NCBI GenBank assembly: GCA_951406725.2
Contig: OX597822.1
Location: forward strand, 2,914,001-2,978,000
Length of the DNA: 64,000 nt
Direction of reading: 5' to 3'
From: Octopus vulgaris
Lineage: Eukaryota
Shown here: piece by piece, positions 52,552-64,000 of the stretch
How the letters are laid out: each line of letters begins with the position of its first letter
How positions within the stretch are numbered: position 1 is the stretch's first letter
The notes under the pieces: generated by a model
Databases searched by the model: none
What the model saw: only the letters and a program-made list of their open reading frames with translations
Told to the model about the DNA's origin: nothing
Position numbers and translations under genes: made by a program

Positions 52552-54155
52552 TATATATATATATATAACTCACTTCACACCGCCTGGTTGGATGGTACAG
52601 CCCAAGCGTCGAAAGCATAGAGGCATCTGTTTGGCAGCTGATGATAGAAAAGCATATCTATTGTACTTTGTGGATTTTTACATCTTTGATTCGTTATACT
52701 GATTTGTTTTTCACTAAAGTAAATTTTAAAGTGTTTGTGGATTCAAGGGTTGTGGAGCTTACTTACGTTGATGTCGGTTGTTTTTCTTCATAGATAATCC
52801 CACTAGGTTTTGATAAGGATTAGATGTTGCTGTCTAGTTTTGGGGAAGTTCTTTGTCGTGTGTGTGCGTGTGTATGTGTGTGTCTCTGTGTCTGTGTGTG
52901 CCGTTGTGTTTGCGTTGAATTTGTCACCCACCGTCGCTTAACAAACCGTGTTGGTTAGTATGTAACGTTGCAGTCCGAAATTTTGGGGGAAGGGGTTCAG
53001 TCGATTAGATCGACCCCAGTACGCAACTGGTACTTAATTTATCGACACCGAAAGTATGAAAAGCCAAGTTGATCTAGGCGAAATTTGAACTGAGAACGTA
53101 AAGACAGACGAAATACCTATTTCTTTACTACCCACAAGGGGCTAAACACAGAGGGAACGAACAAGGACAGACAAACGGATTAAGTCGATAAGGTCGACCC
53201 CAGTGCCTAACTGGTACTTAATTTATCGACCCGAAAGGATGAAAGGCAAAGTCAACCTCGGTGGAATTTGAACTCAGAACGTAACGGCAGACGAAATACC
53301 GCTCAGCATTTCACCTTGTAATATAATATTTTAAGTTGCCAAAATCAAATGAAATTGTGTTAATAAAACGTGACAAGGAAGATTCTTCGTGTAACCCATT
53401 TCCTCGTACTTCAAATATTTGTCATCATTCGACGAATTGTTAATTCGAACAGCTGTTGCTCCGATCAATAGTTTTGAATCTTTTATCTTCTGGGACAAAT
53501 GTTTTCCATCAATTATATTTCGATCAAGTCCTTTAGATGAACTCGCAACAAATATCAACGCGCACATTCATATGTACATTTATTATGAATACGTGTGTGT
53601 ACAGTGTGTGAGTATATAGGTCTCTGTATTTATGTGTGTGCACGTGTGTGTGTGTGTGTGTGTGTGTGTATACATATATACACTCACATATAAAAGCTAT
53701 TTGTACTTATCCCTGTGGTTAGAGCGCGGCCATGCTGGTGCACCGCCTTGAAGGGTTTAGCCGAAACAAATCGACCCCCGGTAAGTATTCTTTAAAACGC
53801 AGTACTTTAATCAATCGTCTGTTTTGACGAACAACTAATTTAACGGGACGTAAACAAGCTAACAGCGGCTGTCAAGCGGTAGTAGAGGACAAAAACAAAG
53901 ACACAGACTCACGCGCATACATATATATATATATTTATATATACCACGGGCTTCTTTCAGTTTCCGCCTACGAAATTATCTCACTAGACTTTGGTCGGCA
54001 CGGGAATTTAGTAAAAGTCACTTGCGCAGTTTCCCACGCCGCAGAACCGAACACGGAACGGGTGATTGAGAAACAATGCTGTTACCACACAGCCACTCCT
54101 TGGCCTTCACACCTACAGCTACACAAAACACACACACACGCACGCACGCACACAT

Positions 54156-54216
<61 letters not shown>

Positions 54217-54317
54217 CGCACACTCACACACACACATACACACGCTCTCAATGTACTGGGACAAACATCTCCAAGGTTATTAGCCGAGACGGTAGTTATG
54301 GAGCTATTACTCTTTCT

Positions 54318-54529
54318 CTCTCTTTTACTTGTTTCAGTCATTTGACTGTGGCCATGCTGGAGCGCTGCCTTTAGTCGAGCAAATCGACCCCAGGACTTAT
54401 TCCTTGTAAGCCTAGTACTTATTTTATCGGTCTCTTTTTGCCGAACCACTAAGTTACGGGGACGTAAACGCACCACCATCGGTTGTCAAGCGATGTTGGG
54501 GGGACAAACAAAGACACACACACACACAT

Positions 54530-54589
<60 letters not shown>

Positions 54590-54744
54590 GTCGGGCTTCT
54601 TTCAGTTTCTGTGTACCAAATCCACTCACACGGCTTTGTCGGCCTGAGGCTATAGTAGAATACACTTGCCCAAGATGCCACGCAGTGGGACTGAACCCGG
54701 AACCATGTGGTTGGGAAGCAAGCTACTTACCACACAGCCACTCC
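54318..54744 (-). mobile_element. SINE family A, full length
   Basis: Reverse complement of 48887-49298. Confidence 0.9.
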
Positions 54745-55040
54745 AGCAGATTTCCGATGCAGCGGATATATAATTGTTAGGCAGGACCACCACCACCACT
54801 GCAACCACAATACACTTCCCCCTCTCCTTACACTCTATGTTGCCGTGCCTATGCTAGCCGGAGAAAATACTTAACGGCATTTTACTTGTCTTTACGTTCC
54901 GAGTTCAAATTCTGCAGAACTTAGCTTTGCCTTTCGTTCTTTCGTCGATAAAATAATTACCAGTCAAGTACTGGGCTCGATCTAATCGACTAGCTTCCTC
55001 ATCCTAAGTTCCAGGCTTTGTTCCTGTAGCAGAAAGAATT

Positions 55041-55408
55041 ATTACTTCCACCTTAACGGAGGAGGAGGTATTGTTTTCAGTCGCGTTTGTTTGTTTATTT
55101 ATCCGTGGACAAGATATCACAAGAACCGCAGGATGGATTCGGATGAAATTTTCAAGGATGTTTGGCCTCGAGACTGCCACGAACTGATTAGATTTGGGGA
55201 TCGATCCGGTATGGGACAAAGATTCTGGATTACTTTCCCTGTTTTCTTTTTTACTTAATTTTTGAGATCGGTCGGGTTCCTTTTTAGTATTCTCGTTTGT
55301 AAGAGCAGTCGAGTTTATTTCAGATATTCTCATCTTAAAATCATCTCAACGCTGAGAGGACGTTGGTGTTGCCTTGGCGGATGTTAGCGCTCTCTGAGTG
55401 CTCTCGTT
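55041..55408 (+). mobile_element. Helentron/DINE-like non-autonomous element
   Basis: 5' ATTACTTCCACC..GGAGG with GTTT microsatellite; 3' subterminal CCTTGGCGGA and hairpin GCGCTC-TCT-GAGTGC. Confidence 0.65.
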
Positions 55409-55543
55409 TCTGTATATATTTTGAATGTGTCGTATTTTCAGAAGAACATTGGACATTTTCTGTGAGTAAATTGGTTGTATGTTTGCGTGTGTGCGTTTGA
55501 AAGTGAAAATGTTTGTGTGTGTAATTATTTGTATGCTTATCCT

Positions 55544-55582
<39 letters not shown>

Positions 55583-56361
55583 CTGTCTGTATGTATGTAT
55601 ATATAATATTTGAATATGTGTTTGCTGGGGTTTGCGTGCGTGTATTTTCTAATTGCTCTCATTTCTCCTACAGCCACACTCTTCACACTGACACGCTCAC
55701 TCTCTCTCTCTCTCTCTCTCCACACATACACGTTAGTACATATATACATAATACATATAAACATGGCTATGTATATATATGTATGTATATGTATGGATGT
55801 GTGTATGTACGTATAGAATATCATATGACATTGCTTATCAGTTCATCGCGGCAACACAGCTATTTATTGAATCAACATTAAGGGTGGGGAGGAAATACCT
55901 CAGGGTACTATAATACTGTATTCTAAATACGTATCGGGTAGGGTTTCACATACGTAGTATAGCAAGCTACATAAATTCGATCTACTGAGTATATTTATGC
56001 AGTTAATAGGCAACATTTTGCTATAAGGAACTATTTGAAAGATAAATATAAAAATAATGTGTAAACACGAGCACACGCCCCTTTATTGTATAGGAATACG
56101 CATACGAGCAAGGAAGAAAAAATATTAGTAAGAGTAGTGAAGTGAAACTTGTGATGAATGTAGACAATGTAAATGGCTTTGCCGAGCGATTGAACTGAAA
56201 TTTGAAGGCAACTAGGGAAACATGTTCCACACTAGTTACATTTCTTCAGCGAAGCGTATTGTCCTTAGTGCAGAAACTAATAACATATGTGTTTGTATGT
56301 GTGTGTGTGTGTGTGTGTGTGCTTATATATGTATATTATATATATCATATTTAATATACAT

Positions 56362-56398
<37 letters not shown>

Positions 56399-56402
56399 GT
56401 GA

Positions 56403-56738
56403 AGGCGGATGGCTCAGTGGTTAGAGCGTCGAGCTTACGATCGTGAGGTTGTGAGCTCGAATCCCGGACCGGGCTGCGTGTTGTGTTCTTGAGCAAGGCA
56501 CTTTATTTCACGTTGCTCCAGTTCACTCAGCTGTAGAAATGAGTTGCGACGTCACAGGTGCCAAGCTGTATCGACCTTTGTCTTTCCCTTGGATAACATC
56601 AGTGGCGTGGAGAGGGGAGGCTGGTATGCATGGGCGACTGCTGGTCTTCCATAAACAACCTTGCCCGGACTTATGTCTAGGAGGGTAACTTTCTAGGTGC
56701 AATCCCATGGTCATTCATGACCGAAGGGGGTCTTTACC

Positions 56739-56741
<3 letters not shown>
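56403..56741 (+). mobile_element. SINE family C, full length (reference copy)
   Basis: A-box TGGCTCAGTGG, B-box GCTCGAATCCC, GTTGTGTTCTTGAGCAAGGCACTT segment, RTE-like body and tail CATGACCGAAGGGGGTCTTTACCC. Further copies at 57952-58248 (+) and 60620-60816 (-). Confidence 0.92.
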
Positions 56742-56790
<49 letters not shown>

Positions 56791-56881
56791 CGCAGGAGTG
56801 GATGTGTGGTAAGCAGCTTGCTTGGCACCTTGGACAAGTGTCGTCTGCTATAGCCTCGGGCCAACCAAAGCCTTGTGAGTG

Positions 56882-56919
<38 letters not shown>

Positions 56920-56921
<2 letters not shown>

Positions 56922-57690
56922 AGATAAATAAAAATATATGCATACATACAAACATATATGTACGTACCTACATCTACATGTATATATACATGCATATATA
57001 AATAATTATACGGGAGTACAGGACATCACAATAAGACGTAGAAACGGAAAAAGCCAAAAAACAAAAAACAAGAAAACGGAAAACGAAAAACAAGAAAACG
57101 AAAAACAAATACAGGACGAGCTACACAAGGACAAAACCCCCGTCATCAGCTGTCGCTAGAGGAGTCAGGCATGTTTCGAAGGCATAACAGAACACTAATC
57201 CAATAGGCCTTCCTGCGAGAGAATTAAAATAAAATTCCAAGCAGCGGGGCAAAATGAGTACGAACACAAACAAGACGTAACAATAAGACTGCAAAATTAA
57301 AATACATGTACAAAAACAAACACAAGAGGACGAACGAAAAAGCCTTTTTTCTGGCATAGACAAACGATAAAACTGCAAAAATAAAAATACATGTACAAAA
57401 AGTACAATTAGTTACAAAACGAGAAAATAACAAGAATACTATACAGGAAATCAACCACACAAGGGGACGAACGAAGAAGCCTTTTGCTGGCAAGGACGAA
57501 AGTGTAGTAGCAGCGCGTGGAGGCAGTCTTTTCAATAGTGGGAACCACGTGTAAAGGAATTTTGTTTTATAGGCAAGGAAGAGGGAAGGAGGAGGGGGAC
57601 ACGCGGCGAAGAGAGAGGAGGAGTGGGAGGGAGAAAGATTGAAGAGGTTAAAGCAAAGGGAGAGAGTACCGCATCTTCAATATAATATAA
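56920..57690 (-). mobile_element. Uncharacterised Penelope-like repeat; second diverged copy at about 59960-60615
   Basis: Shared start AAATAAAATATATGCATACATAC..GTACGTACCTACATCTACATG..GAGTACAGGACA and shared TCATCAGCTGTC..GTTTCGAAGG motif. Confidence 0.55.
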
Positions 57691-57700
57691 ATATAAAAAA

Positions 57701-57735
<35 letters not shown>

Positions 57736-58410
57736 TTGCATGTATTTGTTTGTTCCTCCAGCATCGCTTGACAACAGATGGTTGTGTGTTTACGTCCCCG
57801 TAACTTAGCGGTTCGGTAAAAGGAATCGATAGAATAAGTATTAGGCTTACGAAGAATAAGTCCTGGAGGTTGATTTGCTCGACTAGAGGCGGTGCTCCAG
57901 CATGGCTGCAGTCAAATGACTGAAACAAGTAAAAGAGTAAAAGAACATCAAAGGCGTTTGGCTCAGTGCTTAGGGTGACAAGCTCACAATCATGAGGTAG
58001 CGAGTTCGATTCCCGAACCTGGCTGCTTTCACGTTGCCCCAGTTCACTCAGCTGTAGAATTGAGTTGCCACGTCACTGATGCAAAGGTGTATCGGCTTTT
58101 GTCTTTCCCTTGGATACCCTGGGTGGCGTGGAGGAGGCATGGGTAACTTCAGGTCTTCCATATACAACCTTACCCGGACTTATGCTGCAGCGGGGTAACT
58201 GTCTAGTTACACTTCCATGATCATTCATGACCTACATGGGTCTTTACCATACACACACACACGTATACATATGGTTTAACGACGATGGTTTGACTGGCCG
58301 AAGCTTGTAAGTCACAGTCAATGGTACTCTTATTTAAGAATAAGATTGTACTCTACAGAAATATAGAGTAACACCTTAAATCAGGAGTAAAATTGTTTTT
58401 ATTATGAGAA

Positions 58411-58929
58411 CCGTAAATCCTCGAGTATAACCCGCATTTACCCCCAAATTTAAAGGTCAAAACCCCTTGTGCGTATTATACACGAAGTTAAAAATGAAAA
58501 TTATTTTCTAAGTAATGTCCGAGACTCCACTTGGTGTCTGGCTATGTTTATTCAGACAAATTTTGTGATGTCGGGTGTGAAAATACGTTAAGCTAAGCCT
58601 GAAAGCAATGAAGTCATAAAAGAATCATCCATAACTTGCAGTAATCAACATTTATTAAACGTTATTACTGTTATTATCGTTACTTCTTTATTTTCTGCAA
58701 ACAAAATGCACAAAAATGCTACACGTTTGCATTAAGTTATAAATACAACAATAATAAAGTACGTTACCGTATACATTTTTACAAACCAAGGACGTTATAT
58801 AGACCTACTTGACTCAAGTTAGAGAAGGGGTGCGTATTATAGACAAGGTTTAGGTTTTTCAGAGGTACAGCCCCCTAAAAATCCCCTGCGTATTATACTC
58901 AAGGGTGGACTATACTCGAGGATTTATGG
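58411..58929. mobile_element. Tc1/mariner-superfamily (pogo/Tigger-like) MITE
   Basis: TIR CCGTAAATCCTCGAGTATA versus TATACTCGAGGATTTATGG followed by TA; repeated internal TGCGTATTATA. Confidence 0.8.
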
Positions 58930-59196
58930 TACACATAAAGACAAACATTTTCATATATATATATTTATGCGTGTGTAAGAGGAAGTGGTGGAAAGTTCCC
59001 GTCTTTGGGTAAAAGAAAATACAGGAATAGTTAATTACGATTTTATTGAACATATTCCACGCATTTACCGCATCGGTCTTTCAGTTATTCTAAGCCCTGT
59101 AAAAGAACTCGGAATGTTGTACATTCAGCCTGGTCCTTCGTGAGACCCCTAAAGCGAGGGGCCTTTCAGTACCCGCACGCACACACACACACACAC

Positions 59197-59256
<60 letters not shown>

Positions 59257-59762
59257 TCGCACACACACGCACACACACACATATACACACACACACATAC
59301 AGACTAGAGACAAGAATTCTCCTTATAGAATACACTTCATAGAGCTCAAGAGATTTGAACTTGAACAGGTAGTGGCGTGAATGGAAGGACAAGCAAGTTC
59401 GGCAAATCGATAAACAAAAAATATTAAAATACATTCAATACAAAAAAAATGTACATATAAAAATTCTTTAAACTCCATTCCGTCAACACCTGAAATGTAA
59501 AATTCTTCCCTGAAGGAGGCAGGTGGTATCCGATGATGGAATCAATCACAATTATTATTTTAGACCATCACGCCCCCAGAAACAGCTGTTGGACTCGTAA
59601 ATCTCTTCTTCAACCCATTTATCTCACGGACATCATTTCTATTCTGCGTACGTCGGACTTTTTTTTATACGTATACATATGTACTATTTTTGTATTAAAT
59701 GTACTTTTGTATACCGGCTTGCCTAACTTGCTTTAATTCACATTCATTCCTAACAATTTATG

Positions 59763-59855
<93 letters not shown>

Positions 59856-59899
59856 TTATATATAAATACATATACATATACATACACACATAAATATAT

Positions 59900-59960
<61 letters not shown>

Positions 59961-60826
59961 ATTTAATAAATAAAATATATGCATACATACGTACATATAT
60001 GTACGTACCTACATCTACATGTATACATACATGCATATATAAATATATATACGTGAGTACAGGACACCACAAATAGACGTAGAACTCAACGAGAAACGAA
60101 AACGTAAAAACAAACATGGATACGGACCTTGTTTACAACGAAAAAACAGAGTACAAGACAAACAACACAAGGAAAATTCCCCTTCATCAGCTGTCCCTAG
60201 TTCGACTCCATGCGTGTTTCGAAGGTAAGGACAGAACACGACTCGTCGAACTAGCCCTTCCTGCGAAAGAATTAAATAAAATTCCTTTGTAGAGGGGTAA
60301 AAACAAGAAAGAAAAAATGTGACAAACACAGGATGTAAAAACAATACAAATAAAAATACAAACAATAAAACAAATACAAAATAAAAATACAAATACAAAA
60401 AAATACAGTACAAGAAATAAAAACAAACAAGGAAACAAACAGTGAGGGCCTTTTTTTAGCCTAGACGAGGAAAAATTCAAGAGCGCAGGAAAAAAGCGTG
60501 TTCACTTGTAGGAGGCCGCCAGCGAAAGGATGTTGGTCGACCCGGCTGTGAGAGAGATGAGGAGGAGTGAGAGAGAGAGAGAGAGATAGAGAGGGAAGGA
60601 AACCAGAAAGGGTGAAAAATGTTATCCAAGGGAAAAGCAAAGGGGCCAATACAGCTTGGCACCCTTGACGTCGCAACTCATTTCTACAGCTGAGTGAACT
60701 GGAGCAACGTGAAATAAAGTGTCTTGCTCAAGAACACAACGCGCAGCCCGGTCCGGGATTCGAGGTCATAACCTCACGATCGTAAGCTCGACGCTCTAAC
60801 CACTGAGCCATGCGCCATCATACACA

Positions 60827-60908
<82 letters not shown>

Positions 60909-61115
60909 CATACATGCATATACATTCATACATGCATAACACACGTGGGCCGTTTGCACTTTTCCCTTCCTCCCTTCCCACGGATACCTACCTATGTTCA
61001 ACTTTCCCCTTCGACCGAGGGTCAACTCAGTACACTTCTTGTGCACCTCTTCATGTTCGCTTTTTACTTCATTTCTTGTTTTATTCGTTTTGTTTTTAAT
61101 TGGCTGTCATTGAAT

Positions 61116-61187
<72 letters not shown>

Positions 61188-61465
61188 TAGTAAATTCTTT
61201 TAGCATTTTAATCAGTGGGAATCGTTTACTTTATTGGTAATATATATATCCTCAAACTACCATACATTCCTGAATTAATAGAAGGCTAAATTACCTGTTA
61301 ATTGGAATTTTGATCGCCGACAGATATAGCTATGCACTTTTGAAAGGTTTGTGTTAATTCTTGAGAAGTGAAAGGAGAAGAGCTTTAATAACTTTAGACA
61401 AGCAGTGATATGTTGGTGGCAGGAGATGTCATCGATAAACATCTGCTACGGTATACTTATATATA

Positions 61466-61541
<76 letters not shown>

Positions 61542-61580
61542 TAGAAAGGATTATTATTATTATTATTATTATGTTTTACT

Positions 61581-61612
<32 letters not shown>

Positions 61613-61620
61613 ATTATTAT

Positions 61621-61925
61621 TCAGTAGTTTTATTTTTTATAGCGTGCTCACTTCACTACCGAGCGCTCTGTGTGCCTTGGGTATGTGCTGTGATTTGTTG
61701 TGATGCTCTGATGGTTATTGTATGGAAAGTGTTCTGCGTAGGATGTGTGCAACTGTATGTTATATGTGTTTGTAAGTCCATGTTTGTCTGAATATTTTTT
61801 TATCATGCCTAATCACCTACTATGATAGGAATTGTTTCTGTTTTCAGGTTCCACCTAGTTACCTCTATTTCCAGGTCTTTGTATTTTGAGAGTTTCTCCA
61901 TTTCTTTTAGAGACACGTTGTCATA
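61621..61925 (-). mobile_element. Dong/R4-clade (RLE-type) LINE 3' fragment with (TAA)n tail
   Basis: DNVSLKEMEKLSKYKDLEIEVTR.WNLKTETIPIIVG...HILRRTLSIQ*, then 3' UTR and (TAA)n. Confidence 0.8.
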
Positions 61926-61943
61926 TTGGTCTGTAGTTTTCTG

Positions 61944-62041
<98 letters not shown>

Positions 62042-62055
62042 CATTATTATTATTT

Positions 62056-62738
62056 TGGTTCGTCTCAGGTTAGGTCTTATTCTTAGTAGGGATTGTCGAT
62101 AGCGGTTTACTGCCAGTAACTGCAGGTAACCACAAGTTTTCTGCAGTCTTTCAAGTTCTTAGGGGTCTCTTGATCCTTGATCTCCCTAAGAGACAAACTT
62201 TATGTAGGAGCTCCACCGGGTATTCTATTACACCCTGCCTCGGCCATTTATCTATATCTTCGCTTGCTGTTTACAACACACCATTTATTTCAGGCACGAT
62301 CTTTACAGTGCGCATGCTCCAAATTCTTCCTATTTCAAATTTTAATGGATTATATTTTTTTGTATTTTTTCCCCTCTTCCTATTCGTTCCTGGAATCAAG
62401 TGGGCATAATAGGTCGATAAGTGAGTGACTTCGATTTTCCTTATCTACGATTCTAATATTTGGTCCATTGTTTTCTAATTCTTGTCCGCTTGAATTTGAA
62501 TAGAGTGTAAGATTTTGTGAAGCCTCACAAAATCTTACATTTCTCCAACTCTGGTACTCTTTCAACTCGATCACTGTATCATGTGTTTCCAGTTTCAAAT
62601 TTGCCATTTGTGTCACCAGTTTCCAAAGTAAAACTTTTACAACCTGGTTGTGCCACCATTTCTTATATTCTTCTTGTGCCAACTTGGGGGCATTCTGCCA
62701 CAATGTGTGTGCCACTGTCTCGTTCCAAGTTCCACTGG
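62056..62738 (-). mobile_element. Second Dong/R4-clade LINE 3' fragment, bounded by (TAA)n on both sides
   Basis: ETVAH..IVAECP-KLAQEEYKKWWHNQV (CCHC end, frameshifted), NNGPNIRIVDKEN (decayed PD..D), KYNPLKFEIGRIW, ELLHKVCLLG. Confidence 0.8.
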
Positions 62739-62849
<111 letters not shown>

Positions 62850-62922
62850 TTAATAACAGTTTGATTTTGCTCCATACAACTTAAAGTTTCGTAGGTACGT
62901 CAAAGGAAGCTAGCTCATATAT

Positions 62923-62958
<36 letters not shown>

Positions 62959-62966
62959 TTCCACGC

Positions 62967-63078
<112 letters not shown>

Positions 63079-63318
63079 GTCTATATGTGTATGTTTATAT
63101 ACGTTCATACATACATAAATATACACACACACATGCATACACACACTTGATTGCTGAATCAGTGATGCCAACGCTGTAACTAATCCACTAAAATGCGAAT
63201 GAGATTTACGCATCTCTGAAGAGTTGACCATGCAATTCGATTATCTAAAATACATTACATAACTGATAACCATCTTTCAACTATATATTTTACAAACAAT
63301 CTCTCTTGTTTTGCCTTG

Positions 63319-63383
<65 letters not shown>

Positions 63384-63427
63384 GCTAGCTAGCTAGCTAG
63401 CTAGCTAGCTAGCTAGCTATCAATCTG

Positions 63428-63491
<64 letters not shown>

Positions 63492-64000
63492 CATACATAT
63501 GAAGATTGATAGATAAATAGTGGGGGAGAGAGAAAGACAGAGAGAGATAGAGAGTATGTGTGTGTTTGGGAGCACTTACTACACACACACACACTCACAC
63601 ACATTCACATTCAAAATACACTTTAATCAAAATCTTCCTACACTTGGACGCTGAGTTTTACGCTTCACCGATTCAGCCGTAATAAAAGAAACAAGTCCAC
63701 CGATCTTACATCTATATAAGATATAAAAACATGGAAAACAATGTTATATACGTTAACAATAGGACCTGTTTTGTTTTGGTTGAGGCGTGTAACAGTATTA
63801 TTCAATACAAAATAAATATATTGTTTCTATAGGAATTGTATCATAAACACCCGGCCAGAGATAATATCATTTTATCGCCATAACTACTACATGCTCCACC
63901 CAAATCAAAAGTTTTTATTGTTAACGTATATATTCGTCGGCTTTATATTTCATAAGTATGTGTGGGTGAATCTGTGCGAATGTAGGTGCATACGTATATC

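Noticed and set aside
53331-53567. 78-aa non-repetitive minus-strand ORF
   Set aside because: No recognisable motif or convincing splice sites; cannot be supported without a search.
56403-56475. tRNA-like sequences, here and at other A/B-box sites
   Set aside because: They continue into SINE bodies and lack a complete cloverleaf, so they are SINE heads and not tRNA genes.
57530-57565. WEP codons as a possible next chromodomain exon
   Set aside because: Preceded by an in-frame stop, followed by RVKEF rather than EENIL, and inside a repeat.
63324-63492. (TAGC)n block embedded in (TATC)n
   Set aside because: Ordinary microsatellite turnover from one substitution amplified by slippage.

Overview
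Repeat-saturated eukaryotic DNA, most likely an Octopus (coleoid cephalopod) genome, inferred from the SINE families and the very dense microsatellites. Nearly all ORFs in the supplied track are microsatellite or SINE artefacts. The only host-gene coding sequence I can support is a 44-nt + strand exon (21884-21927, GKVEYLIKWKGWSI) of a Polycomb/CBX-type chromodomain gene. Its neighbouring exons were not found, so the window is probably two very large introns. Other content: three abundant tRNA-derived SINE families, a young 5'-truncated CR1-type LINE, decayed Tx1/L1, RTE and two Dong/R4 LINE fragments, two internally deleted mariners, four Merlin-like MITEs with telomere-like repeats, Helitron/Helentron, hAT and pogo-like non-autonomous elements, and many Penelope-like remnants with minimal hammerhead-ribozyme motifs. 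The most unusual items are a tRNA-headed, hammerhead-bearing short element nested in a hAT element, a hammerhead with intact core inside an inverted repeat, a 17-bp target duplication on one MITE, and a CTCF plus YY1 motif cluster. All family assignments come from reading and recall; no database searches were run.
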